Source: Pseudomonadota bacterium
Lineage (GTDB): Bacteria; Pseudomonadota; Gammaproteobacteria; Comchoanobacterales; Comchoanobacteraceae
Assembly (NCBI GenBank): GCA_036337715.1
Contig: JAYZDS010000007.1
Location: 90,467-154,466, forward strand
Length of the DNA stretch: 64,000 bases
Reading direction: 5' to 3'
Shown here: positions 38,196 to 47,126 of the stretch, one piece after another
How the letters are laid out: every line of letters starts with the position of its first letter
How positions within the stretch are numbered: position 1 is the first letter of the stretch
Notes under the pieces: model-generated
Seen by the model: only the letters and a program-made list of their open reading frames with translations
Told to the model about the DNA's origin: nothing
Database searches by the model: none
Program-made: the position numbers and the translations under genes

Positions 38196-39451
38196 TTAGC
38201 TGTTGTGGGTTTTTCAACCTTGTGAGCTAAACTTTGCCATTTGACAGCTTGCCACCAAACGGTTTCATTCGCATGTGCCCTCAGTGTTAGAAGATCTAAG
38301 CCAGCTCTAAATCTTGGTGATTTTAAGACACGATCGATAATATAATCATCAGATTTCATAAATGATAACTGTAATTGCCAAATCTGTAATATTCCCTCGA
38401 TGATTTTCTTGGGTAGTTTTAAAGTTTTTTGTTGCTCATGAATAACTGTTTCAGCAGCAGCCATGAATTTTTTTGGATAATCTCGATCACGTGGTCTTAA
38501 TTTGATGGTTGCTTTTTTAAGTGGCCACCATAACAATACAGCATATAAAAATGCACTGCTTAAAGTCTTATTGTTTAAATACCTTTGATCGGCATTATAA
38601 CAAGCTTGATTTAAAAAGATTTGAGTTTGCTTTCGCGATTTTTTATCGGATAAGCATGCTTGAGTTTGTGGAAATAAAACATTAAAAAGCCCAAGGGCAT
38701 TTAATTTTTCAAGTGATCTTCTTGCATGTCCAGTATAAAATAATTTTTGGATTTCAAATGATAGGCGGTCAGATGAAATATTAGCTAAAAGATGTTTTTG
38801 GTTTGAAATTGACTCAAGAATTTCCTCATCAATGTCAAATTTAAGTTTGGCAGCCATACGTGCTGCTCTTAACATCCGAACGGGGTCTTCTTTGAAGCGT
38901 TCCTCAGGTTTGCCGATCATGCGAATACGTTTTTGATCTATGTCCGCACATGATTTTGTGAAATCAAGTAATTCATTGAGTTTTGGATCATAATATAATG
39001 CATTGATGGTAAAGTCCCTTCTTTTAACATCGTCGCTGATCGTACCAAATTCATTGTCCCTTGTTCTAAACCCATGTTTGTCAACTTTGCCAGAACGATT
39101 GGAGCGAAAAGTTGCCACTTCAAAAGTATTGTGTTTGTCGCGTACATGAACAATTTTGAAGCGTCGGCCAATTATGATTGCACTGCGAAACAGCTTCTTG
39201 ATTTGATTTGGCGTAGCGTTTGTAACAATGTCGAAGTCTTTCGGTTTTGTTGCAGTGAGGAGGTCTCTTAATGCGCCACCAACAATATAAGCTTCGTATC
39301 CAGCTTTCTGTAACTCAAAAATGATTTTTTTTGCAGCAGGATGGATACTGTGTTGACCTATTTTAGCCTTGTCAGGTGTTATGTGGGTAGGTCTAAGTTT
39401 TGGTTGGACTTGCGCTTTAATGCTATTTAGAATGTTTGTTATAAAACCCAA
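38192..39451 (-). CDS. pcnB: poly(A) polymerase I
   Basis: AYIVGGALRDLL..KPKDFDIVT is the nucleotidyltransferase head. The stop overlaps the folK start as ATGA. Confidence 0.9.
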   Translation of the reverse strand: MGFITNILNSIKAQVQPKLRPTHITPDKAKIGQHSIHPAAKKIIFELQKAGYEAYIVGGALRDLLTATKPKDFDIVTNATPNQIKKLFRSAIIIGRRFKIVHVRDKHNTFEVATFRSNRSGKVDKHGFRTRDNEFGTISDDVKRRDFTINALYYDPKLNELLDFTKSCADIDQKRIRMIGKPEERFKEDPVRMLRAARMAAKLKFDIDEEILESISNQKHLLANISSDRLSFEIQKLFYTGHARRSLEKLNALGLFNVLFPQTQACLSDKKSRKQTQIFLNQACYNADQRYLNNKTLSSAFLYAVLLWWPLKKATIKLRPRDRDYPKKFMAAAETVIHEQQKTLKLPKKIIEGILQIWQLQLSFMKSDDYIIDRVLKSPRFRAGLDLLTLRAHANETVWWQAVKWQSLAHKVEKPTTAK

Positions 39452-39524
39452 TTTGTTTTCTCCGTAATAAATAATAAGGGTTTGTAAAGTATCAATAATT
39501 TGATAAGCTATAAGTTACTTAACT

Positions 39525-40064
39525 ATGAACAGTATTGCAACCATTGGGTATACTAGCAATTTATATGCTAGAGATCAAAAGACAATTAACTATTTTGAAT
39601 TTCAAGCAATGTTGGCAGATCAAGTCAGTGATCGCCTACATTGGTATGCAACGATTCATCCTCGCGAGGGCGATGATGCATGCATTGATGCTGCTGAGCG
39701 ATTAAGCCTATGTGTTAAGGCTCAGTTAAAAAACAACGATAAAATATTGATCATTGGTGGAGATTTAACTGCATGCCACGAGGTAAGCAATTGGTTAGGA
39801 GTAAACTCTGTTGTAGGGATTGAGGGCATTGATTTAGATGAATTCAATGGGTTCTTATCTAAAATTAATTTGGCAGATGTTTTCAAGCAAACCCCATTGA
39901 AGCATGGCTTTACAGATGCTGCCATTGGCATTTGGTGGCCTAATGATTCAGTGTCTATGGTCACTTCTCCATTGCCAAAACAACTGAAAATATTATATGT
40001 TCCTGAATTAGTCTCAAAAAATCATATGAAAAATTTGATACAAATGACTGGTGAGTGGTTGTGA
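39525..40064 (+). CDS. hypothetical protein (179 aa)
   Basis: The ORF's stop overlaps the GTG start of the downstream MFS gene. KILIIGGDLTACHE faintly resembles a Rossmann motif. Confidence 0.5.
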   Translation: MNSIATIGYTSNLYARDQKTINYFEFQAMLADQVSDRLHWYATIHPREGDDACIDAAERLSLCVKAQLKNNDKILIIGGDLTACHEVSNWLGVNSVVGIEGIDLDEFNGFLSKINLADVFKQTPLKHGFTDAAIGIWWPNDSVSMVTSPLPKQLKILYVPELVSKNHMKNLIQMTGEWL

Positions 40065-41206
40065 GCGCATATCACCCTATTTATTTAGGGCTATCACTCG
40101 GTGTGATCTCTGGATTGCGCATTTTTGGTCTGATGGTGGTTGTTCCCATCCTTGGATTATATGCTAGTCAATATCACACCAATGCGATAGGCATTGGATG
40201 GGCCATTGGTATTTATGGTCTAATGCAAGCGCTTTTTCAGATACCACTTGGATGGTTTTCAGACCGCGTAGGGCGTAAGCCAGTCATTTTATTTGCATTA
40301 TCAGTATTCGCTTTAGTCAGTTTTTTACAGTCATTCACTCATGACATAAATGTTTTGATTGTGTTAAGAGCGATACAAGGTGCTGCAGCCATCAACGGTG
40401 TTGTGTCTGCATTTGCCATTGATTTGGCTGAAAAAAAACAACGTACGCTAGTCTTAGGTTTGATTGGAATGATGATTGGTCTTGCTTTCTTTGTTGCCAT
40501 GATTTTTGGGCCTGTTCTCAATCATGCCATTGGGTTATATCAGATATTTGATGTGGTTGGCTTTTTAGTCTTGTTTGCTATTATCTGGGTAATATTTTCA
40601 TTGCCTCATTCAAAACCAGTTACTCAAAGTTGGTCATGGCAGCCTTTTATGGAAAAATCTTTTTTTATGGCTGCAACTGCAGGGGGCACCATACATGGTG
40701 TGTTCACTGCAACATTTTCTATTTTGCCGCTTTTTTTATTAAAGTTTTACTCAGAATCTGTCATGGTGTATCAGATTTATGCCCCTAGTATGATCATTGC
40801 ACTGATCATTGCCTTATTTATTATGAGGCGAGTCGGCAAAGACGACCCTATAAAATGGATAACAATCAGCATGATTGCAATGTTAATTGGGTCTATCACT
40901 TTGCCATTTCTCACCACAATAGGGCTTTTCATATTCATAAGTGGATTCTCAGTTTTAGAGGCAACTTTGCCTGTTTTCTTGGTTGAGTCACAGATAACCG
41001 AGCAGCGAGGTAGTCTGATGGGTGGTTATTTTAGTTGTGTTCAATTTGGTGTGTTTGTATTCAGTTTGGCAGCAGGTTATGTGAGGGCTTTTTTGGGACT
41101 GTATTTTGTCATTGTTATGAATGTTTGTATTTTATTAATATGGTTGTTTTTTTGGGGATTGTATTTGCATACTAAAAAATGGCATGATAAACAAATAAAT
41201 AATTAG
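40055..41206 (+). CDS. MFS transporter
   Basis: About 12 TM segments. The loop 2-3 motif GWFSDRVGRKPV is the MFS signature. Confidence 0.85.
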   Translation: MVVSAYHPIYLGLSLGVISGLRIFGLMVVVPILGLYASQYHTNAIGIGWAIGIYGLMQALFQIPLGWFSDRVGRKPVILFALSVFALVSFLQSFTHDINVLIVLRAIQGAAAINGVVSAFAIDLAEKKQRTLVLGLIGMMIGLAFFVAMIFGPVLNHAIGLYQIFDVVGFLVLFAIIWVIFSLPHSKPVTQSWSWQPFMEKSFFMAATAGGTIHGVFTATFSILPLFLLKFYSESVMVYQIYAPSMIIALIIALFIMRRVGKDDPIKWITISMIAMLIGSITLPFLTTIGLFIFISGFSVLEATLPVFLVESQITEQRGSLMGGYFSCVQFGVFVFSLAAGYVRAFLGLYFVIVMNVCILLIWLFFWGLYLHTKKWHDKQINN

Positions 41207-41216
41207 AGGTTAACTT

Positions 41217-41675
41217 ATGTCCAAAGGTATCAATAAAGTCATATTAGTCGGAAATTTAGGTCAAGATCCTGAAGTGCGTTACACGGGTTCAGGCGCAGCG
41301 GTAGCAAACATATCAATAGCAACATCGGAGCGATGGAAAGACAAACAGACAGGTGATATGAAAGACGTTACTGAATGGCACCGAGTGGTATTGTTTTCTA
41401 GGTTGGCTGAAATTGCTGGTGAATATCTTAAAAGAGGCTCAAAAGTATACTTAGAAGGAAAGTTGAGAACAAGAAAATGGCAAGATGCACAAGGTGCTGA
41501 TCGAACAACAACAGAAATTTTAGCGGATAACCTACAAATGCTTGATAGACGAGGGGATGACTTAAGTGGTTTTGATCAAACACCACCAGCAGCTACTTCG
41601 GCACCAGCGCCCGCAAAACAGGCTGCTTCGACCCCAGATCAAGATGTATTAGCGGATGATGACATCCCGTTCTAA
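41217..41675 (+). CDS. ssb: single-stranded DNA-binding protein
   Basis: [19 protein letters not shown] forms the OB fold. The linker is Pro/Ala-rich and the C-terminal tip is DDDIPF. Confidence 0.97.
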   Translation: MSKGINKVILVGNLGQDPEVRYTGSGAAVANISIATSERWKDKQTGDMKDVTEWHRVVLFSRLAEIAGEYLKRGSKVYLEGKLRTRKWQDAQGADRTTTEILADNLQMLDRRGDDLSGFDQTPPAATSAPAPAKQAASTPDQDVLADDDIPF

Positions 41676-41712
41676 TAAATATTCTGGATAGACCTTAAGT
41701 TTAGTTAAACAA

Positions 41713-41748
41713 TTGACCTTTTTGTAATAATTCCGGTATAATCATTAA
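41713..41748 (+). promoter_or_regulatory. feo promoter (TTGACC, 18-nt spacer, TATAAT) with an overlapping Fur-box-like half site
   Basis: TTGACC lies at 41713-18 and TATAAT at 41737-42. TATAATCATTAAA matches 10 contiguous nt (ATAATCATTA) of the Fur consensus GATAATGATAATCATTATC. Confidence 0.4.
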
Positions 41749-42009
41749 ATGACACTAGACGATGTGAATTTTAATGAAGAGATAGTATTTGCTGGTTTTG
41801 CAGGTGATCAATCTATTTATGTTGAAAAACTTGCTGCACAAGGCTTAATTCCAGGTGCTGTGTGTCGTTTGTTAAAAAAGGTGCCTACTTGTGGTATAGT
41901 ACAATTACAAGTTCGTGACAGTGTGTTGGGACTGAGAATAAAAGAAGCAAAGCAATTATTGTTTGAGTATAAAGAAGATGATCCCAAAAAAGATAGCACT
42001 GATAGGTAA
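41749..42009 (+). CDS. feoA: ferrous iron transport protein A
   Basis: A small SH3-like protein directly upstream of, and overlapping, feoB. Confidence 0.75.
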   Translation: MTLDDVNFNEEIVFAGFAGDQSIYVEKLAAQGLIPGAVCRLLKKVPTCGIVQLQVRDSVLGLRIKEAKQLLFEYKEDDPKKDSTDR

Positions 42010-44167
42010 TCCAAACAGCGGAAAAACAACACTATTTAATCGACTAACGCGAATGAATTACCGTGAAGGTAATTATTCAGGTGTCACAGTTGAATCTTGT
42101 TTTGGTTCTTGGGATGTTGATCACGACATTAGTATTGAAGTTGTTGATTTGCCAGGTTGTTATAGTCTGCAGCCGTTTGCGCAAGATGGTGAAGACATGC
42201 GTGAAACCATCGACACCATCAATCAGGGTGAGTTTGATTGCGTTGTTAATGTCGTGGATGCTTTAAATCTACAGCGCCATTTCTATCTAACGCATCAATT
42301 GCGTGAATTAGATGTTCCTATGGTGCTTCTAGTCAATCGCATTGATCTAGCAAAAAAACATAATATTGATATTAACTTAGATGTTTTGTCGGAAAAGCTT
42401 CAATGTCCTGTTCTAGGAACCATTGCAACAGATGTTGAAGTTGTAGATGTGCTTTATCAAGCAGTTTCTAATTATAAACACAAATCTTTTAACGCCTATA
42501 AGTTAAATGATAACTGGACAATGCTACAAGAAAAGTTTCTAAAGACAGAACCAAATTTATCCCATTATGGTTTTTTGCTTAAATTGGAAGCCGGTCACCC
42601 ATTAAAAGCACACTATGATTCAGCGCAAATGCCATTATCTGTGGGTGTTGCTGATTTAAGGTATCAACATATTGAAGCCTTAGTCTCAGAGTCAGTGGTT
42701 AAGAGAAGGTCTCATACCAAGTCAGTTCATAGGCGCATTGATCAAATTGTATTGCATGATTGGTTAGGTTTACCAATATTTTTTCTAGTTATGTATGGAT
42801 TATTTACTTTGACAATGTCATTTGCAGGAAACATTCAAATTGCAGTAGATGCAATTACGCATGCATTGTTGGTGGACGGGGTAAGGTATGCCGCTGATTG
42901 GTTATCATTGCCTTCATGGTGGGGTAGTTTCTTGGGTCTTGGTATCGGGCAGGGCATTGCAACTACTTTGACATTCACGCCTATTTTATTTTGTATGTTC
43001 ATGGGGCTAGGCTTTTTGGAGCATAGTGGCTACATGGCTAGGTCAGCACTGTTGATGGATAGATTGATGCGAAAAATTGGTCTTCCAGGAAGGTCTTTAG
43101 TTTCATTTATCATTGGATTTGGTTGTAATGTTCCAGCCATTATGGCAGCAAGACATTTAGATCAGCCTAGAGAGCGACTGATGACTATTTTGATGACGCC
43201 TTTTATGTCGTGTGGTGCCAGATTAACCATTTATGCAGTGATGGTCACGGCTTTTTTTCCTCAAGGTGGTCACAATATCATCTTTATTTTATATTTAATC
43301 GGGATTGCCGCAGCTATCCTAACAGGGTACTTATTACAGCCTAGTTTATCTTTAGAACAACCCTTACCTTTGGTGATGGAAATGCCAGATTATCAAAAGC
43401 CAAAGATGAAATTATTAGTTCAATATGCTCGAAGACAAACAATCCACTTTGTTAAAAGAGCTGCAAAATATGTTATTCCTTTATCTACGATATTAACTTT
43501 ATTCATGCATTTCGATGTTCATGGCAATTATCTGGCTGGCAATCAAATGGATCAGAGTATGCTGGCTACTTCAGCTAAAGCATTGACAGTTCTATTTTAT
43601 CCTTTGGGGATCACTGAAAATAATTGGCCAGCAACTGTGGGGCTCATATCTGGTTTACTTGCAAAAGAAGTCGTTGTGGGTTCTATGAACGCTCTTTATG
43701 GTCAAGTGGTTGTAAGTGCTGAGCCAATATGGCCACAAATTCTTCATGGCATACATGATATGTTAAATGGGTTCTTACATTTTGATCTAGTACCCTCCAT
43801 TGATGTGGTATCTAACCAATTTCATGCAAGTGCTTACGGAGAAATGTTAAATGCTTTTGAATCTAGCGCCAGTGTTTTTGCGTTTTTAGTTTTTGCATTG
43901 TTATATTTTCCATGTATGTCGACGATAGCAGTCATCAGAAAAGAGTTGGGTCGTGGATGGGCATCGATCTCTTTAGTTTGGTCCACAATGCTAGCTTATT
44001 TTTTAGCAATTATTTGTTATCAATTAGGATCAATTTCTTCACATCCGGTTACTTCGTTGATTTGGTTGGCGTCAATGGTATTGGTGCTTATCATTTTAAT
44101 GATAGAATTTAAAAAATGGGTCAAGCGAACCTGGGAAAAACAACAATATGACGCTTATACAACTTAA
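41978..44167 (+). CDS. feoB: ferrous iron transporter B
   Basis: The G-domain begins MIPKKIALIGNPNSGKTTLFN and includes DLPG and NRID motifs. A polytopic C-terminal domain follows. The ORF track start at 41963 is less likely. Confidence 0.95.
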   Translation: MIPKKIALIGNPNSGKTTLFNRLTRMNYREGNYSGVTVESCFGSWDVDHDISIEVVDLPGCYSLQPFAQDGEDMRETIDTINQGEFDCVVNVVDALNLQRHFYLTHQLRELDVPMVLLVNRIDLAKKHNIDINLDVLSEKLQCPVLGTIATDVEVVDVLYQAVSNYKHKSFNAYKLNDNWTMLQEKFLKTEPNLSHYGFLLKLEAGHPLKAHYDSAQMPLSVGVADLRYQHIEALVSESVVKRRSHTKSVHRRIDQIVLHDWLGLPIFFLVMYGLFTLTMSFAGNIQIAVDAITHALLVDGVRYAADWLSLPSWWGSFLGLGIGQGIATTLTFTPILFCMFMGLGFLEHSGYMARSALLMDRLMRKIGLPGRSLVSFIIGFGCNVPAIMAARHLDQPRERLMTILMTPFMSCGARLTIYAVMVTAFFPQGGHNIIFILYLIGIAAAILTGYLLQPSLSLEQPLPLVMEMPDYQKPKMKLLVQYARRQTIHFVKRAAKYVIPLSTILTLFMHFDVHGNYLAGNQMDQSMLATSAKALTVLFYPLGITENNWPATVGLISGLLAKEVVVGSMNALYGQVVVSAEPIWPQILHGIHDMLNGFLHFDLVPSIDVVSNQFHASAYGEMLNAFESSASVFAFLVFALLYFPCMSTIAVIRKELGRGWASISLVWSTMLAYFLAIICYQLGSISSHPVTSLIWLASMVLVLIILMIEFKKWVKRTWEKQQYDAYTT

Positions 44168-44357
44168 ACACTACATTGAAACAAGGCATGCAGTCACGTT
44201 AAATGAGCTTGTGAATGTTTTTGCAAGTGATCCAAAAACCATAGAGCTAATGATGCAGCATTGGACGGATACTGGTATGGTTGACATAAAATTATCCTGC
44301 GATGACTGTCTAGGTTGTATGACTTCATGTCAAACCTATGTATGGAAAGCCAGCTAA
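44148..44357 (+). CDS. feoC: FeoC-like winged-helix protein
   Basis: LIQLKHYIETRHAVTLNELVNVF is present, with the C-terminal Cys cluster CDDCLGCMTSC. It overlaps the feoB stop. Confidence 0.7.
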   Translation: MTLIQLKHYIETRHAVTLNELVNVFASDPKTIELMMQHWTDTGMVDIKLSCDDCLGCMTSCQTYVWKAS

Positions 44358-44417
44358 AATAATTGCATTCTTTTAGCGATATTGATAACCTCTATTTATA
44401 ATAAGGAGAATCAATAT

Positions 44418-45383
44418 ATGGCCAACATGTTTCAACAAGCAAAATTCAGACTTGCTAATCAAGAAATCAATCAAGCATTTTTTACTAGCCTAGATCACGT
44501 TTTCAAAGGACTGTGTTTTACTGGCATTGGTATTTGGATAGCCAGTCTATTACAAATCATGTTTGTGTCCCCCTGGTTGAGTATTCCAATCCCTATTATT
44601 TTGATGTTTACCATAATGAAATTTGCGAGTAATAACCAAGATACTAAAGCAGCACTGACGTTTTATTTGTTTTCATTTATGATGGGTATATTTTTATACT
44701 CTACGTTATATATGTTTAGTATTATTTTGACTCCTCAAGTGGTTGTTGCAACCATTGCGATGAGTTTATTATGGAGTGCTGCGTTAATCACATTAAGTTT
44801 GATCGTATTTGCATACCGTAGTAATGCCGAAGTGGCTAAGGGTTACATGCCAATGATCTATCAGTATGGTTTTTGTTTACTCTTTGGTTTGATTATATTC
44901 GGCCTATTTATGAACCCTGCAAACATGGGCGCATTTATGTTGGTTGATGGTTTGATTTCGTCATTACTTTTTTCAGTGTTTTTAGTTTTAGATGTTTTTA
45001 AGGCAGCCTATATGACTGATGTGCCACTACACCCGGTCATGATGGCAACAACCCTTTATTTAGATATTCTTAATATCATAATAGGTGTGCTTGAAATGAA
45101 AGCTGGCAAAGAACTTTATAATGATGGTCAATCTAGTACCTTAGGAAACTTTTTCATGTCGTTGTTTGGTTTCTTACTTCCTATTTTGTTTGGGGTATAT
45201 CTAGTCTATGATGCATTCTGGGGGTCAAATGACAATCATTCGTCTGCCAATAATAATATTTCTCCTGGTGCTAGCAGCACGTATCGAAAAAACATTCCTA
45301 TCGCACAAGCTGTCGTTGTGGATGATTTTGACAACAATGAAAGATTTAATTCAAACCAAGGATTAAATCTTCGTCGAAGTTAG
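44418..45383 (+). CDS. Bax inhibitor-1/YccA family membrane protein with a long C-terminal extension
   Basis: The RBS aaggaga precedes ATG 44418. There are seven or more TM segments. ATTLYLDILNIIIGVLE matches the BI-1 LYLDxxNxF signature. Confidence 0.6.
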   Translation: MANMFQQAKFRLANQEINQAFFTSLDHVFKGLCFTGIGIWIASLLQIMFVSPWLSIPIPIILMFTIMKFASNNQDTKAALTFYLFSFMMGIFLYSTLYMFSIILTPQVVVATIAMSLLWSAALITLSLIVFAYRSNAEVAKGYMPMIYQYGFCLLFGLIIFGLFMNPANMGAFMLVDGLISSLLFSVFLVLDVFKAAYMTDVPLHPVMMATTLYLDILNIIIGVLEMKAGKELYNDGQSSTLGNFFMSLFGFLLPILFGVYLVYDAFWGSNDNHSSANNNISPGASSTYRKNIPIAQAVVVDDFDNNERFNSNQGLNLRRS

Positions 45384-45449
45384 ATTATTGGTTTGGTATT
45401 TCAATGAGATACATTTTAAATTAGTAGAAATCTTTTTAAGGAAAATGTT

Positions 45450-46394
45450 ATGGCGCAACCCCAAAGCTTATTAAAACAATTTTTAAATTGGCGTTTCATT
45501 GGTCTCATTTTGTGTACGATACAATGGGTCATTATTTTATCGATCAGAATATTTTTGGGCTCAATATTGCCACCTATAATGTTTTATCCAATTATGGGTT
45601 TAGTAGGCATTATGTTGATTACCAAGTTCATAGCATTTGTAAGCAATCGTAATGATCGAAACATTTCGATTGTATTTGCCACAGCACTAATAAATTTTTT
45701 AATGCTATTATCTGGCTCAATAAATGTTTTAATGGTTTCAGCGGTGGTCTCAGCTATGGGCTGGACACAACTATTAGTTAAATTTGGACGTTCTAACCGA
45801 CAATACAGTAGTTATTATTTAGCTATTTCGTTATTCGCTATAGTTTGTATTGCAATATTAATAGCTGTGGTTTCTTTTTTCATGAGTGGTCCTGGATTAA
45901 TGAGTACCATTGCAATGCTTATTGTGAATATATTTTCAGTGTGTTTTTATTTCTGTAATCATCCGACTTTATTTAAGCATTATGAAGACATCCAATCATA
46001 TATTGTGATATCAATGGACTTTTTTGCAACGTCCATTCTAATGTATTCAATATATTTATCGTTATGTCTAATAATGCCAAGTTTATTTGTTGCGCCAGTA
46101 AGCGCAAGCTTAATCTATATGTTTTATGCAATATCAACTGCTGTTATGACTGTATTTATTATGCGCCCAGAATCAAAGCCATTAGATGAAGCTGAATTTG
46201 GTTTGGTTCAAGACGATTCATCTGAAGTGCCAATTGCAGAGCTTGTGCCAGCGGAAAATGTTTTAATGCCATCTGTTATAGACACAGTAAAGCCTTTTTT
46301 TGATTATGTTAAGTCCAATATTTTGCCTTCTGCACCACCAGCTGAACCAGTCGAGTCAACCACGTCTCCTTCCGCACCACAATCAAAAAGCTAA
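45450..46394 (+). CDS. polytopic membrane protein with an acidic, Pro-rich C-terminal tail (314 aa)
   Basis: Multiple hydrophobic segments. No signature recognised. Confidence 0.6.
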   Translation: MAQPQSLLKQFLNWRFIGLILCTIQWVIILSIRIFLGSILPPIMFYPIMGLVGIMLITKFIAFVSNRNDRNISIVFATALINFLMLLSGSINVLMVSAVVSAMGWTQLLVKFGRSNRQYSSYYLAISLFAIVCIAILIAVVSFFMSGPGLMSTIAMLIVNIFSVCFYFCNHPTLFKHYEDIQSYIVISMDFFATSILMYSIYLSLCLIMPSLFVAPVSASLIYMFYAISTAVMTVFIMRPESKPLDEAEFGLVQDDSSEVPIAELVPAENVLMPSVIDTVKPFFDYVKSNILPSAPPAEPVESTTSPSAPQSKS

Positions 46395-46454
46395 ATTTGC
46401 GTGGTACCTCATCGACTATTATGGTAATATTATACCAAATTAAGGAGGTGCTGA

Positions 46455-47123
46455 ATGTTTGTTTCAGAACTACAAAACGCTTTAGATCAATACCATTTGC
46501 TTAAACACCCTTTTTACAATCGATGGAATGAAGGTGCATTGACCCGTGATATCATTAAAGATTATGCTGCGCAATACTATTTTCATGTTGATGCTTTTCC
46601 AAGGTATATAAGTGCAACCCATTCTTTGTGTGAAGATATTGAAAAGAGAAAATTACTTTTAGAGAATTTAAATGAAGAAGAAAGTCATGATCACGATCAT
46701 CCTAAATTATGGTGGCAGTTCGCAGAATCGCTTGGCGCCAAAAGCCCAACAGATGCAAAGCCAGAAGTATTTACTCAAGCTTTAATTGATAACTTTTTCT
46801 ATTGGTCTCGCCGCAGTTATGCCGAAGGCTTAGGGGCTCTTTATACCTATGAACGTCAAGTGCCAGAGGTTGCTGAAGTGAAAATTGAAGGTTTGAAAAA
46901 ACACTATGGTGTCACAGACGAAAAAGGCCTTAAGTTTTTTGAAGTGCATCGTTCAGCAGATAAAGAACATCGTGTGCAATGTGAAGCGCTTTTAGAAGCA
47001 CTCTCACCGGAAGACCAAGCAAAAGCACAAAAAGCTGCAGAAGCAACAGCGAAGCATTTGTGGAATTTCTTGTCAGGAATTGGTTCCAAACATCAGATTT
47101 GTGATGAGCCAGTCCTTCACTAA
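46455..47123 (+). CDS. CADD/CT610-like heme-oxygenase-fold di-iron oxygenase (PqqC/TenA-like superfamily), candidate alternative p-aminobenzoate synthase
   Basis: The strong RBS aaggagg precedes the start. KHPFYNRWNEGALTRD, NEEESHDHDHP, YTYERQ and EVHRSADKEH give E..H, E and HxxxDxxH ligand spacing like CADD. Confidence 0.7.
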   Translation: MFVSELQNALDQYHLLKHPFYNRWNEGALTRDIIKDYAAQYYFHVDAFPRYISATHSLCEDIEKRKLLLENLNEEESHDHDHPKLWWQFAESLGAKSPTDAKPEVFTQALIDNFFYWSRRSYAEGLGALYTYERQVPEVAEVKIEGLKKHYGVTDEKGLKFFEVHRSADKEHRVQCEALLEALSPEDQAKAQKAAEATAKHLWNFLSGIGSKHQICDEPVLH

Positions 47124-47126
47124 TTA

